Source of the DNA: Octopus vulgaris
Lineage: Eukaryota
DNA: 64,000 bases
Direction of reading: 5' to 3'
Assembly: GCA_951406725.2 (NCBI GenBank)
Contig: OX597814.1
Location: forward strand, 182,962,001-183,026,000
Shown: positions 11,521 through 23,570 of the stretch, piece after piece
Position numbering within the stretch: the stretch's first letter is position 1
Layout: every line of letters begins with the position of its first letter
Notes under the pieces: model-generated
Seen by the model: only the letters and a program-made list of their open reading frames with translations
What the model was told of the DNA's origin: nothing
Databases searched by the model: none
Made by a program: the position numbers and the translations under genes

Positions 11521-12072
11521 ATATATACGACGGGCTTCTTTCAGTTTCCGTCTACCAAATCCACTCAGAAGGCTTTGGTCGGCCCGAGGCTATAGTAGAA
11601 GACACTTGCCCAAGGAAAGAATTAAGCAGATAACTAATAAAGGAGAATGCTTAATTCTTTCCTTTACCCCTTCTCTTTCTATAGGCTACCTTTGATGTTA
11701 TATCTTCTAACAGTTTTTTAGAAAACCTAATACCGTTCCGTTCATCATTATACACATCCATCACATTCTGTTAAAATGTCTTATTGATGAGTGTGGTTTC
11801 TTTCATTCTTTCCCTGATGATAAGATTACATTGTTTTACACTATTTTATTCATTTGGAATAATACCAATGTTGTCTTCGAAACATATGTCGGAAGTAAAA
11901 GAATTTGAATAGCACCTGCGTTTAACATTGTCACATTTTAAACTTGAGAAAAGTCTTGCATATTTTTTCTGTGCCACTTACTGATTGTATTTGTAATGTG
12001 CGAGTTAAATGGTTGATTTCTTTTTCTGAAAACATTAGCTTATCCATATTGTCATTTACGCACACTACTTAG

Positions 12073-12355
12073 GTATGTATGTATGTATGTATGTATGTAT
12101 GTTATGTATGTTATGTATGTTATGTATGTTATGTATGTATGTATGTATGTATGCATGTATGCATGCATGCATGCATGTATTTATGCATGTATGTATGTAT
12201 ATATGAATGTATGTATGAATGTATGTATGTATGTATGTATGTATGTATTTATGTATGTATATATGTATGTATGCATGTATGTATGTATGCATGTTTGTAT
12301 GTATGCATGCATGTATGTATGTATGTATGTGTGCGTGCGTGTATGTATGTATGTA

Positions 12356-12413
<58 letters not shown>

Positions 12414-12500
12414 CGTGTGTGCGCGTGTGCATGTGTGCGAGTGTGCGTGTGTGTGTGTCTCTGTGTGTATATACGAATGTTTTTGCGTTTGTGTGTGTAT
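12073..12500. repeat. (TATG)n/(TG)n microsatellite
   Basis: Seen directly. Confidence 0.95.
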
Positions 12501-13254
12501 ACGGATGCATGTTAACAGAAGGAAAATGCTGCAGCAGTTAATTTTATATCTAAAACCAAGAAACACACACACACATGAACTCAAATATTTGATATGGCGA
12601 AAATCCAGAACATGATGGGAAAAATGTTATCTTTGGAATAAAGGATATCCAAGCAATTTCTATCGATTATTGATTATCACTAATGAAATTGATATTGATG
12701 AAAATCTCTTGTATGAAATTTACGTTTCGATCAGCGCAGACAAAACAAATTTTTAATGCAGAATTGATTCCTTTAATTCTTCCTTTAACCATTTGTGTTC
12801 AGTGAACCAAATCCCGAGATTGAGTTGAATGTCTTGACTAAACAAATATGAATGGAAAATTAATCTTAAGATTCACAAAACATAAGCAAAAAGTCAATGA
12901 GAATTCTGCTTTGAGAATTAACATTTTGCTGTTCGTGTCATTTCGTTATTGTTATTTTAGACTGAAAGGGGATTACTGGAATAATAGTAGTAGCAGTAAC
13001 AGCCGTTCAAGAATTTGGACCTGGAGATCTCCATTTCCAGCGACTTCGAGGGCCACCTCCCAGTGGTGTCGGGCGTCAAAGAAGAGCCCTCGATTACAAC
13101 AAGACGACCAAAGTCTTTTTTTTTTTGTTCCAAGGTCTGGGGTCTCCCGCCCCTCAGCCCTAGACCGTCACCTAATCACCCATACCCGTCTTGCTGCTTA
13201 ACAACAACAACAACAGCAGCACTAACAGTAGTACTAGTAGTTATTTTTTATTTG

Positions 13255-13532
13255 TTTATGCGCCCTTTTTCAAGCCTAGCCAGGCTCATGGGCCCGGTTT
13301 CCCGGTTTCTATGGCGTATGTGTTCTCCCCAGCTGGACGGGACGCCAGTCCATCGCAGCGTTACTCAAGAAACAGGAAGAAAGAGTGAGAGAAAGTTGGG
13401 GCGAAAGAGTACAACAGGGGTCACCGCCACCCCTGCCGGAGCCCCGTGGAGCTTTAGGTGTCTTCGCTCAATAAAAGCACACAACGTCCGGTCTGGGAAT
13501 CGAAACTGCGATCCTCCGACCGCGAGTTCGCT
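13255..13532 (-). mobile_element. tRNA-derived SINE with V-SINE-like central domain
   Basis: Minus strand B-box GTTTCGATTCCC and CTGCGATGGACTGGCGTCCCGTCCAG, resembling the V-domain from memory. Confidence 0.55.
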
Positions 13533-13624
13533 CAGTGGAATTTGAACTCAGAGCGTAGCTGCAGATAAAATACTGCAAAGCATTTCGTCCGGCGTGTTAA
13601 CGATTCTGCTAGCTCGCCGCCTTA

Positions 13625-13680
<56 letters not shown>

Positions 13681-13918
13681 GTGGTAGTAGTACCAATAAT
13701 TGTCGGAGCCCTGAGAACAGTGAGTAAAAATCTTGCGAAGTACATGGAACAAATAAGGGCTGCAATAAGGGTGGAGCACTTGCAGAAAATAGCACTGCTT
13801 GGAACCGCTCGAATACTCCGTATGGTGCTCGAAAATAAGGTGTGCTACCTTAGTTCACTGGTAGTGAACAGCTGACACCGTAGTACATCTCCAGCGTTAG
13901 AAGCTGTGCAAAGGCGGC
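13681..13918 (+). mobile_element. R4/Dong-like non-LTR retrotransposon 3' end in a (TAA)n tract
   Basis: VVVPIIVGAL.TV...LQKIALLGTARILR.VL is typical of the C-terminus of REL-endonuclease R4/Dong elements; (TAA)n upstream, (CAA)(TAA)n downstream. Confidence 0.7.
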
Positions 13919-13949
13919 AACAACAACAACAACAATAATAATAATAATG

Positions 13950-14163
13950 GCTTCAAATTTTGAAACAAGATCAGCAGTTTTGGGGGAAGGGGTAAGTTGA
14001 TTATATCGACTGCAGTGGTTACCTGGTACTTATTTTATCGACCCCGACAGGGTAAAAGGTGAAGTCGATCCCGTCGGAATTCGAAATCAGAACGTAAAGA
14101 CGGACGAAATACCACTAAGTAGTTTTGTCCGGCGTGCTAATGATTCTACCTACTCGCTGCCTT
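13950..14163 (-). mobile_element. older SINE A-related copy
   Basis: GGTACTTATTTTATCGACCCCG...GTCCGGCGTGCTAA; similar diverged copies at about 2530-2712, 17466-17673, 18730-18935, 26698-26830, 27442-27642, 42270-42680. Confidence 0.7.
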
Positions 14164-14275
14164 AATAATAATAATAATAATAATAATGATTATGATAATA
14201 ATAATAATAATAATCTGTCCTAGGTGTACGGAAAACACTCGGCGAGAAACGAAAGAAAATTTGAAGAAAGAAGGA

Positions 14276-14334
<59 letters not shown>

Positions 14335-14919
14335 CCACCACCACCATCATCATCATCATCATTGTCAGACTTACCCAGAGTAATTCTCCATTGGTTTTGA
14401 CTCTAGAAATAATTTATCAATATATCAGCAAGGGAATTGTTTTATTGGGAGAGATCATGAGTTTGAACGATCAATAATTTGATATTAACTCGAAGTTCCG
14501 ATATTAATTTCTCACTTGACGTACTTTCTCCCCCATAAAATTAAAATCGTTTCAATCACCGATTTCTCAAACGATAAATTATGCTCGGAAGTTCGGCACA
14601 GGTTGTGCTGATTCTACACTCTGAATGAAATTTATGATGCAATATGGGAACCTCTACCTCCAGGAACAAATAAAAAACAAAAACAAAAAAGAGAAAACCA
14701 CCCCCACAAAAAAGACGTAAAACAAAAATTCGAAAAAAAAAACCAAAACAGAGAAGACAATCAACAATATCTATATAAAAAAATAACTAGAATAACCTTA
14801 GCGAATGTATTTTTTTTAAAAGAATAAATCTAATCTATAAATTCAGTACAAGAAGAGCAGGTTATTTATATTAACAGTGGAAAATTAATAAATGATCAAA
14901 AAATGCTCCATCTTCATAT

Positions 14920-14923
14920 TTTA

Positions 14924-14954
<31 letters not shown>

Positions 14955-14958
14955 TTTA

Positions 14959-15007
<49 letters not shown>

Positions 15008-15074
15008 ACACATACACATATATGTATATATATATGTATATATATATGTATGTATATATATATATATACATACA

Positions 15075-15113
<39 letters not shown>

Positions 15114-15151
15114 TAAATGATATATATGTATGTATGCACACACATATTATA

Positions 15152-15205
<54 letters not shown>

Positions 15206-15262
15206 GTATGCTTGAGTGTGTGTGTGTGTTTGTATGTATATTTGTATTTATGTATGTGTGTC
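14920..15262. repeat. (TA)n-rich compound microsatellite
   Basis: Seen directly. Confidence 0.95.
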
Positions 15263-15628
15263 AATTGTATGATTTTACTTTACATATGGATAATCAGGAA
15301 GAGAATTGGGAAGAAAGTCATAAAGACTTTATATTTTAGAAAACAATATCAGAGTTTGGGTCTCATACTCTCAGCATAGGAATGGATAACTGCAGTTAAA
15401 AATAATCGACGTAAATGGTTACCAGGATTCATTTTCAATTTGTCACTTGATCCGAACACAATATTGTCTTAGGACATTTTCTTAGTCCTCAGTTCTTAGT
15501 TCTGAGTTCAAATGTCCCTCTCCAAGTGTTGCTAAAATTATCACCCGTTGTTGTCGTTGTTGTATAATCGCAAATCATTTGTGGTGCACGTTGATAGTCG
15601 ATAGTCAGGGTAACAAATCCATTGATAT

Positions 15629-16037
15629 ACCTATTTTTTTACTACCCACAAGGGGCTAAACACAGAGAGGACAAACAAGGACAGACAAACGGATTAAGTC
15701 GATTATATCGACACCAGTGCGTAACTGGTACTTAATTTATCGACCCCGAAAGGATGAAAGGCAAAGTCGACCTCGGCGGAATTTGAACTCAGAACGTAAC
15801 GGCAGACGAAATACCTATTTCTTTATTACCCACAAGGGGCTACACACAGAGAGGACAAACAAGGACAGACCAGCGGATTAAGTCGATTATATCGACCCCA
15901 GTGCGTAACTGGTACTTTATTTATCGACCCCGAAAGGATGAAAGGCAAAGTCGACCTCGGCGGAATTTGAACTCAGAACGTAACGGCAGACGAAATACGG
16001 CTACGCATTTCGCCCGGCGTGCTAACTTTTCTGCCAT
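15629..16037 (-). mobile_element. SINE A head-to-tail dimer
   Basis: Two ~185-bp bodies joined at GACGAAATACCTATTTC. Confidence 0.85.
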
Positions 16038-16320
16038 CCATTGCTATACCTTCAAACTGGTGGAGATCGTATTGCCTATTCCACCCTGCAGAGTTTTGTT
16101 TGAGGGGTTTCAGTATAATAGGATGTTGATGATGCATTTTTCTCTTTTGTTTTCTGTAAGCCTGTAGGTTGTGGTGGAGGTTACAGTTGAGATGGGTAAG
16201 GTTTACGCAATCGAAGCATGACATTTACTGTTGATCTTCACTTGTTACAGCGTTTGGGCTCCTGCGTTCATTGAAGCAGCCGCTGTCATATGTATATATG
16301 CTTTTTATGTTTGTGTACAA

Positions 16321-16680
16321 CTGTGTTTTCCAACCTATTTTCCCAAGGTTCCACTATAACTTTTCAGAAAATGTGCTGAGGTCATCTCTAAAGATTTTCT
16401 GTAGAAATCATAGCCAGCACTGATTTTGTCACAACGTTTCGTTACACAGTTTGACTTATAAAGCATTTCAGTAAAAATATATGTCCCATCGGTTGTTGGA
16501 AAAAACTTTATTTTAAATATTTTATCACAAGTATTCAATACAAAAGAATCTACTAGTAACTCTTTCGTTAAGTACCCACAAAAAGAAAAAAGAAAAGAAA
16601 AAAGAATTTGGATCCCACGCTCCACCACAATTTTTCCAAGCCCTACCGGTGGAGCGTATGCTCCACATTGGGAATCACTG
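16321..16680. mobile_element. possible hAT-like MITE relic
   Basis: Ends CTGTGTTTTCCAA and TTGGGAATCACTG resemble CAGTG(G/T)TTCCCAA-type TIRs. Confidence 0.35.
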
Positions 16681-18292
16681 GTATAGTATAGTGTCAGTGG
16701 AAGGGCTAAAACCTCATGATGGAGTTGTGTTTGTATTATGAGCATTACGTTGCTACGCCTATTTGTATGGGGCTGTGAGCGAGTAAGAAGCGACAAGGAC
16801 TGTAAAAGTTGGGCAGTAAAGGAAGTGCCTCGTGTTTTGTTTAGCATATGTATCAGTGGTAAGTCAGTTGCTGAAATGAAGTCAAAAGAATTACTGATCT
16901 CAATAGTAATTTATATGATTCATATAGTGTTTTATTGATGTTCTAATCACAATACATTCTTTGTGGAAGGTTTTTGGAGTAATACACTGGTTGACTGTAG
17001 TGGCTTGACTCCATATTCCAAGTGAAAATGAGGAATGTGTGGATTAATGGGATCAAGAATAATATTTCCTAGCATATTTGAAGGTGTTCGAAAAATTTGT
17101 CAGATATTAATTTGGTTGGGTTCTTTTGGGTTTTAGGATTAAAATTTCCCCTAGTTTCCTGGTTCTCCAATTTGGCCGTGTTAGTATAGTATTTGAAGAT
17201 GTCAGTGAGTGCAAAAATTTCTTCAGGCACTCGATGTATATTTGTAATTTTCTTAAACTCTCACTTTAGATTTCTTTATTTCTTTCATGGTATTTGAATG
17301 AGAAGAGATAAGTCACAGTCGTGGTCTCAAATATCTGTTTATGCTTGTGTTTTTGTATTAGTTTTGTTGGCTGATTTTTGAAAAGCTTTTGATGAACGAA
17401 TTTGATTACTGTTGAATTGTGGACGTGCTGCTACTTGGTGGTATATGTTGGGCACAAATATTGGGTTCAAATTTTAGCACAAGGCCAGCAATTTCGGTGC
17501 AGGGGATAAGTCAATTTCATCGATTCCACTGCTCATCTGATACTTATTTTATCATCGACCTCCGATAGGATGAAAGACAAAGTCGACGGAATTTGAACTC
17601 GAACATAAAGACGGACGAAATGTCACCAAGCATCTTGCTCGGCTTGCTTACAATTCTGCCTGTTCACCGCCTTAGTTGGACACAAATATTGATCAGGTTT
17701 CTGCTGTTCTTTGTTTTTGTCTATTTTCTTTGTTATATCCTTTCTTTATTGTTTTAATTGTTATGTGAGTGTTATCATATTGTTTCTGAGATAACACCAA
17801 ACAAACTAACAATTTCAGGTGTGTTGGGATTATGTTATATTTCATATATTTAGAAGATTCTATGTCTATTTTGTTGAGTGTATGCACTGCAGTATCTTTG
17901 TTGTGGATTAATCTGTTGTAAGTCCTACAAATTTAATTCTTTCTCTTGGAATTTAATTTTTTCTCTTGGAATTTAATTTTTTCTCTCATGGTTTCGTTAG
18001 AACTTTTTCAGTTTGTGAAAGTATTTTCTTTCGTTCAATAATGTCTGAGTTTGCTGTGAGGAGGATGCGCTAGTAATCAGAGGCAAGATGGGGAATTAAT
18101 TGCCGTATGTTTATAATGATTAAATGTGATCAGAAGAAAGAGCTGATTGGAGAGGAGTTGCAATTCGTTTGACGAGAAATGTAGATATATTAGTGTCAGT
18201 TGTTTATAATGAAAAAAAAAAAAGACCAATAATTTACATTTAATGAATTTGATGTGATTATGTTCCCTCTTCTTGTATTATTGGTTTTGTAC

Positions 18293-18721
18293 TACTCTCT
18301 TTACTCTTTACTCTTTTACTTGTTTCAGTCATTTGACTGCGGCCATGCTGGAACACCACCTTTGTCGAGCAAATCGACCCCGGGACTTATTATTTGTAAG
18401 CCCAGTACTTATTCTATCGGTCTCTTTTGCCGAACCGCTAAGTAACGGGGACGTAAACACACCAGCATCGGTTGTTAAGCAATGCTAGGGGGACAAACAC
18501 AGACACACAAACACAGACACACAAACATATACACACACATACATATATATATATACATATATACGACAGGCTTCTTTCAGTTTCCGTCTACCAAATCTAC
18601 TCACAAGGCATTGGTCGGCCCGGGTCTATAGCAGAAGACACTTGCCCAAGATGTCACGCAGTGGGACTGAACCCGGAACCATGTGTTTGGTAAGCAAGCT
18701 ACTTACCACACAGCCACTCCT
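18293..18721 (-). mobile_element. SINE family B
   Basis: Matches family B head, internal microsatellite and tail. Confidence 0.88.
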
Positions 18722-19719
18722 ACTAGTATACGAACTGGCAGAATCGTCATTACACTTCGGACAAAACTGCTTAACGACATTTCTTCTAGTTCCTTACATT
18801 CTGAGTTCAAATATCGCCGAAGTCGATTTTGTCCTTCATCCTTTCGCTGTCGATAAAATAATGTATCACTCAAGTAATGGGGTCGAAGTAATCGACTCTT
18901 TCATCCCCTAGCCTTGTGCCATAACTAGAAAGAATTATTTTTATACTAAGATGTACTCTGTGCATTAATCTTCTGACGAGAGTGTTTGGAAATATCTCAG
19001 CATTGCAGGAAGATTTGTGGTGTTGAAAGCATTGTGTATAAGTGTTGGTGTGCATGTGTTTATGTCATATTACTGAATCTGATCGTTCATTTTGAAATAA
19101 TCCTGTATTTCTGATGAGTTGTTATGCCGGATTAATGTTCAAGTGTAGTTTGCAGTATTTAAAAAATATATATAATGAAACTTTCATGAGGATTACGTTA
19201 TCAATTGTAACTTTTCCTTTGTAAGTCAGAAGGGAGTGATTTGGCTGCTAATTCCTGAAGCTTTGACAACCGCAAACCTACAGTTTTGTTGGCTAGAAAT
19301 ATTTCCAGTACTATAGGGTTTCTAACTCATTTGAATTTACTCAGCATACAAAGAATGACATAGAACATATTGGACAGTCAATAATTTCAATAGGAAATTT
19401 CAAGACAAGAGATCTGTAAATATAGCAAAGAATCAAAACAGCTATCTTTGTATCATACTTAATGCATACACACTGTTAATAAGCCAGTTACAACTGTATT
19501 TTCCCCAAGGTAACATTTCATATGGTTTTGCTGTGTTATTTATTGTGCATATCTGGTGCTCTCATTGGCTGCGGCTGGGAAGAATTTTCATCTCTCTCTG
19601 ATATTTATTTATGTGTAAAAACACATAAATATGTGTTAAAAACACATATGTATTTTTAACACAGAAAATTCGTAAGAGATGTTATCTCAAGACAAACACT
19701 GCAGTAACTAGCCTATCAA

Positions 19720-20040
19720 CAGCGTGTCGGGCTCACAATCATGAGGTAGTTAGATCGATTCCCTGACCGGACTGTGAGTTGTGTTCTTGAGCAAGACACT
19801 TTATTTCATGTTGCTCCATTTCACTCAGCTGTAGAAATGAGTTGCGATGTCACTGGTGCCAAGCTGTATCGGCCTTTGCTTTCCCCTTGGATAACATTGG
19901 TGGCATGGAGAGAGGAGGCTGGTGTGCATTGGCGACTGCTGGTCTTCCATAAACAACCTTGCCCAGACTTTTGCCTAGGAGGGGAACTTTCTAGGTGCAA
20001 TCCCATGACTATTCATGACCAAAGGAGGTCTTTACTCTTT
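19720..20040 (+). mobile_element. tRNA-derived SINE (further family; related minus-strand copy at about 60660-60815)
   Basis: Head ...CTCACAATCATGAGGTAGTTAGATCGATTCC, then CTTGAGCAAGACACTTTATTTCA.GTTGCTCCA.TT.ACTCAGCTGTA. Confidence 0.6.
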
Positions 20041-20549
20041 TTTTTTTACCCTTTATGGTTGTTTTAATTAAACACTGCTTGAATTGTTTATGTCGGATAT
20101 CAAAGAATGATTAATACAAATTTTCAAGTCGAAATGTTTTTTTTACTGAAAATTAATTATGAAAGTGCAACTCGAGAAATAACATTATTCAGTTACAGTA
20201 GAACTGTCTAGACTACTGAAAACATGTTAGAAAACACCAGGAATATCAGAAAGAACAGTTTCTAACAGTCTAAAATATCATCAATGGCGTTTGGCATTAT
20301 TTGATATTGACTTAATTGATTAAATTTATATTCAATTTCACAGTTATTGTTCTTTGAGTGTTGTTGTTGTTGTGATAGTGATGGTGTATCTGAAAATTAA
20401 CTCTGATTGTGCAGACCATGGCTGTGTAAGTGGTTGACCGATAGTCCAGGTGTAACTAGTTATCATATTTTTCAGGTGTAGGTGTTTGTCGTGTAATCCA
20501 TTTACTCTCTCAGTCATCGCCGAAGACTTCATAGGTTTATATAAATGTA

Positions 20550-20770
20550 AGGTGGCGAGCTGGCAGAAACGTTAGCCCGCCGGGCGAAATGCGTAGCCGT
20601 ATTTCGTCTGCCGTTACGTTGTGAGTTCAAATAACGCCGAGGTCGACTTTGCCTTTCATCCTTTCGGGGTCGATAAATTCATCCTTTCGGGGTCGGTATA
20701 ATCGACTTAATCCTTTTGTTTGTCCTTGTTTGTCCCCTCTGTGTGTAGCCCCTTGTGGGAGTAAAGAAAT
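20550..20770 (+). mobile_element. SINE family A
   Basis: Family match; 19-bp TSD ATAGGTTTATATAAATGTA (20531-20549 / 20769-20787). Confidence 0.88.
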
Positions 20771-21910
20771 AGGTTTATATAAATGTATTGCAATATTGCA
20801 TCATTTTACTAGAATTTTTTTCTTTTCGTATAACAACAACAGCATCAGCTGCAACAACAACAACAATAACAAAAATCCCCCAAAATTGAGTTCTCAAAAC
20901 ACCCGAGTGTTTTGAGAAATCAATTTGAGAGTGTCTGCGTGTTTTGAAAGCTACAATGACCATCGTCTTTACAACTGCCTGACTTCTAAAAATAGCAGCT
21001 AGGCACACTCAACCCACACCTAACTACCTTTAAAAGAAATATCACGTGGGACTACTAAGTCCTCCAACTTCAGAGGGTCACATCTGAAATGCTTTTGATT
21101 ATACCCTCTAACTGATTGAGGCTGTTCTCAGGTAAACGATAGAATAAATATAATTTTCTGGTTATTCATTTAGCGCAGTAAAGAGATTCGAACTGCCCAC
21201 ATTTTGCTAACCTGCCTAGAGTTACTGATATATTTCTTTTTGAAACTGCAGTTAAGAAATGATTCTCAATATTGTCTTTATCAATGTCTTCTGATACTTT
21301 CTCTGGTGATTTATTTTCTGAAATTCATGTATTCAGCAAAGTAAATCTTCTGAATTCAAACTGTAAATATACACATCGCAGCTTATTTTATCCGAATTAA
21401 TCCTAAGATTAATCAAATACTCCGATCTGAATCGGAATTCGAAATTTTGTTATTATTAAAATGTGATTTAAAAATACAACTTTCTGATTGAATTGCATTA
21501 TAAGTTCTATTGTATTTTAAGTAGCAGACTAGTAGTCTCTTGTTATACTATATAAGCTGTTGATATCTTCCTTTGTGTAATTTGTAGCTTTAACGGAAAC
21601 AATGATTTCAAATAGACTAAAGTAAAGAGTCTCTAGACCTTGGCTTGTCGAATTATACGGAATCGATAATTAAATTAGTATTTCTGTTGATTATATCTCG
21701 ACCGTTTTGGAACACGCCACACACATACGTTCATACATACACATACTTTCACACATAGATACAACGACGCATATATTAAGACTCATATAGACACATATAT
21801 AAGACATAGCTTTGTTATAAACTCCACAGCAAATTTTTATAAAGAAAAGGTTGTTAACAAAATAAGAGATACACGAACAGACAAAAGTTATATGTGTGTG
21901 TATGTGTGTA

Positions 21911-21954
<44 letters not shown>

Positions 21955-22561
21955 AGCATGTATTTGTGAGTTTACGCGGAGATAAATATTTCTGTGTACT
22001 TGGGGGTCTTTTTGAGTTGTTTGTATATGTTTTATTTTCAATTTTTATTATTTGAATTCTTCCAATTAAGTAGAGACCTAGTTTCAAATAAACAAAACTA
22101 CTACGCTGCACTTTTGATGACAACAACGGCGAAGAGTTTCGTGATGAATAGATAACATTTGTAAAGTGCGTGTTAGCTTGTCACTTTCATTGCCTGAAAA
22201 GCCCAGCTTTTCGAAATGGCCACTTAAGCATTTACTAACATAGCTTGTGAATTTATAATAGTAGCCGTCGGTTTCGAAGTGGTTGTCCGTAAACATTCTC
22301 TTTCTCACTGATTTTGATAAAAATGCTCACAACTACAGAAGAGCTGACCTCTATAGCTTTATATAATGTTTCTTTTCTGTTCAAAGGAACTATATCAGAC
22401 TTGTTATATCTGAATTTGGTGGAAGTTTTGACGAGAATATTCCACTGATATTCCTTCGGTTGAAGTGTTTCAGTAGAGCACTGGGGTCAATGTAATCGCC
22501 TTACTTATCCACTAAAATGCTAGACTTGTGCCAAAGTTTGAACGAAACGTTATTGTAATTA

Positions 22562-22790
22562 AGGCGGCGAGCTGGCAGAACCGTTAGCACGCCGGGCGAA
22601 ATGCGTAGCTGTATTTCGTCTGCCGTTACGTTCTGAGTTCAAATTCCGCCGAGGTCGACTTTGCCTTTCATCCTTTCGGGGTCGATAAATTAAGTACCAG
22701 TTACGCACTGGGGTCGATGTAATCGACTTAATCCGTTTGTCTGTCCTTGTTTGTCTCCTATGTCTGTAGCCCCTTGTGGGTAATAAAGAA
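22562..22790 (+). mobile_element. SINE family A
   Basis: Close to family consensus; GTTATTGTA on both flanks. Confidence 0.88.
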
Positions 22791-23104
22791 ACGGTTATTG
22801 TAGTTGTTGCTTCTCCCCCGAGTCAGACATATTTCAGCAACCGTGACAATCCCATCATCTTCCTGTACAGCTAGAACTACATTATCTAAGGCAGTTCTAG
22901 ATGTCGCTCCATTCTTAAAACAATAGTATGTGGCTTGATAAAATTGAGCAATTTGGCTACTATTTCTAGCTGGTCGAACAACCAATTGCTTAAAAGTCAT
23001 TTGTTAGGCTCATTGCAGTGATTTTGATGTAACTACATTATCTATTGTACATTATTTACATTATTTACATTCAACGGATATTTGTTCTCACCGTGTTTGT
23101 TGTT

Positions 23105-23150
23105 AACACAACGTTTCGGCTGATATACCCTCCAGCTTTCTTCAGGTGTC
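23105..23150 (-). ncRNA. minimal type-I hammerhead ribozyme motif
   Basis: Minus strand GACAC-CTGAAGA-A-AGCTG..CAGCC-GAAAC-GTT-GTGTT. Confidence 0.7.
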
Positions 23151-23205
23151 CTGGGGAAATTTCGAACCCGGGTTCTCATTCCTAAGGTATTTTCTTCGAT
23201 GTTAC

Positions 23206-23248
<43 letters not shown>

Positions 23249-23431
23249 GTTATTATTATTGTTCAGGTCACTGCTTGGAATCGAATTCGGAATCTTGGGG
23301 TTAGTAGCCCGCACTCTTAACCACTACGCCATATGCCCGTGGGCATAGTGGCGTAGTGGTTGAGAGCGCGGGATACTTACCCCAAGATACTGAGTTCGAT
23401 TCCAAGCAGTGACCTGAACAACAACAACAAC

Positions 23432-23467
<36 letters not shown>

Positions 23468-23523
23468 TATATCGAAAAAAAAATACCTTAGGAATGGGAA
23501 TCCAGGTTCGGGATTTCCCCCAA

Positions 23524-23570
23524 GACACCTGATGAAGGCTTGGAGGGTATATCAGCCGAAACGTTGTGTT
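23524..23570 (+). ncRNA. minimal type-I hammerhead ribozyme motif
   Basis: GACAC-CTGATGA-A-GGCT..AGCC-GAAAC-GTT-GTGTT; palindromic stem III AACGTT; extra A after A9. Confidence 0.78.

Noticed and set aside
8618-12615. Many ORFs made of YI/HT/VC/MYVC repeats (also throughout the window)
   Set aside because: Translations of stop-free microsatellites, not genes.
16040-17900. Possible LINE ORF1/endonuclease relics (also about 1-290, 28540-29100, 31560-32030, 38900-39720, 60420-61950)
   Set aside because: Composition suggests old retroelement debris, but motifs are too decayed to classify by eye.
22084-22308. ORF ending RRCCHQKCSVVVLFI resembles an insulin-family A chain (CCxxxC)
   Set aside because: The final Cys is missing, there is no B chain or signal peptide, and no in-frame splice acceptor was found.
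23341-23414. Possible tRNA gene
   Set aside because: A and B boxes are present but the acceptor stem does not close, and it is part of a TSD-flanked mobile element; treated as a tRNA-derived head.
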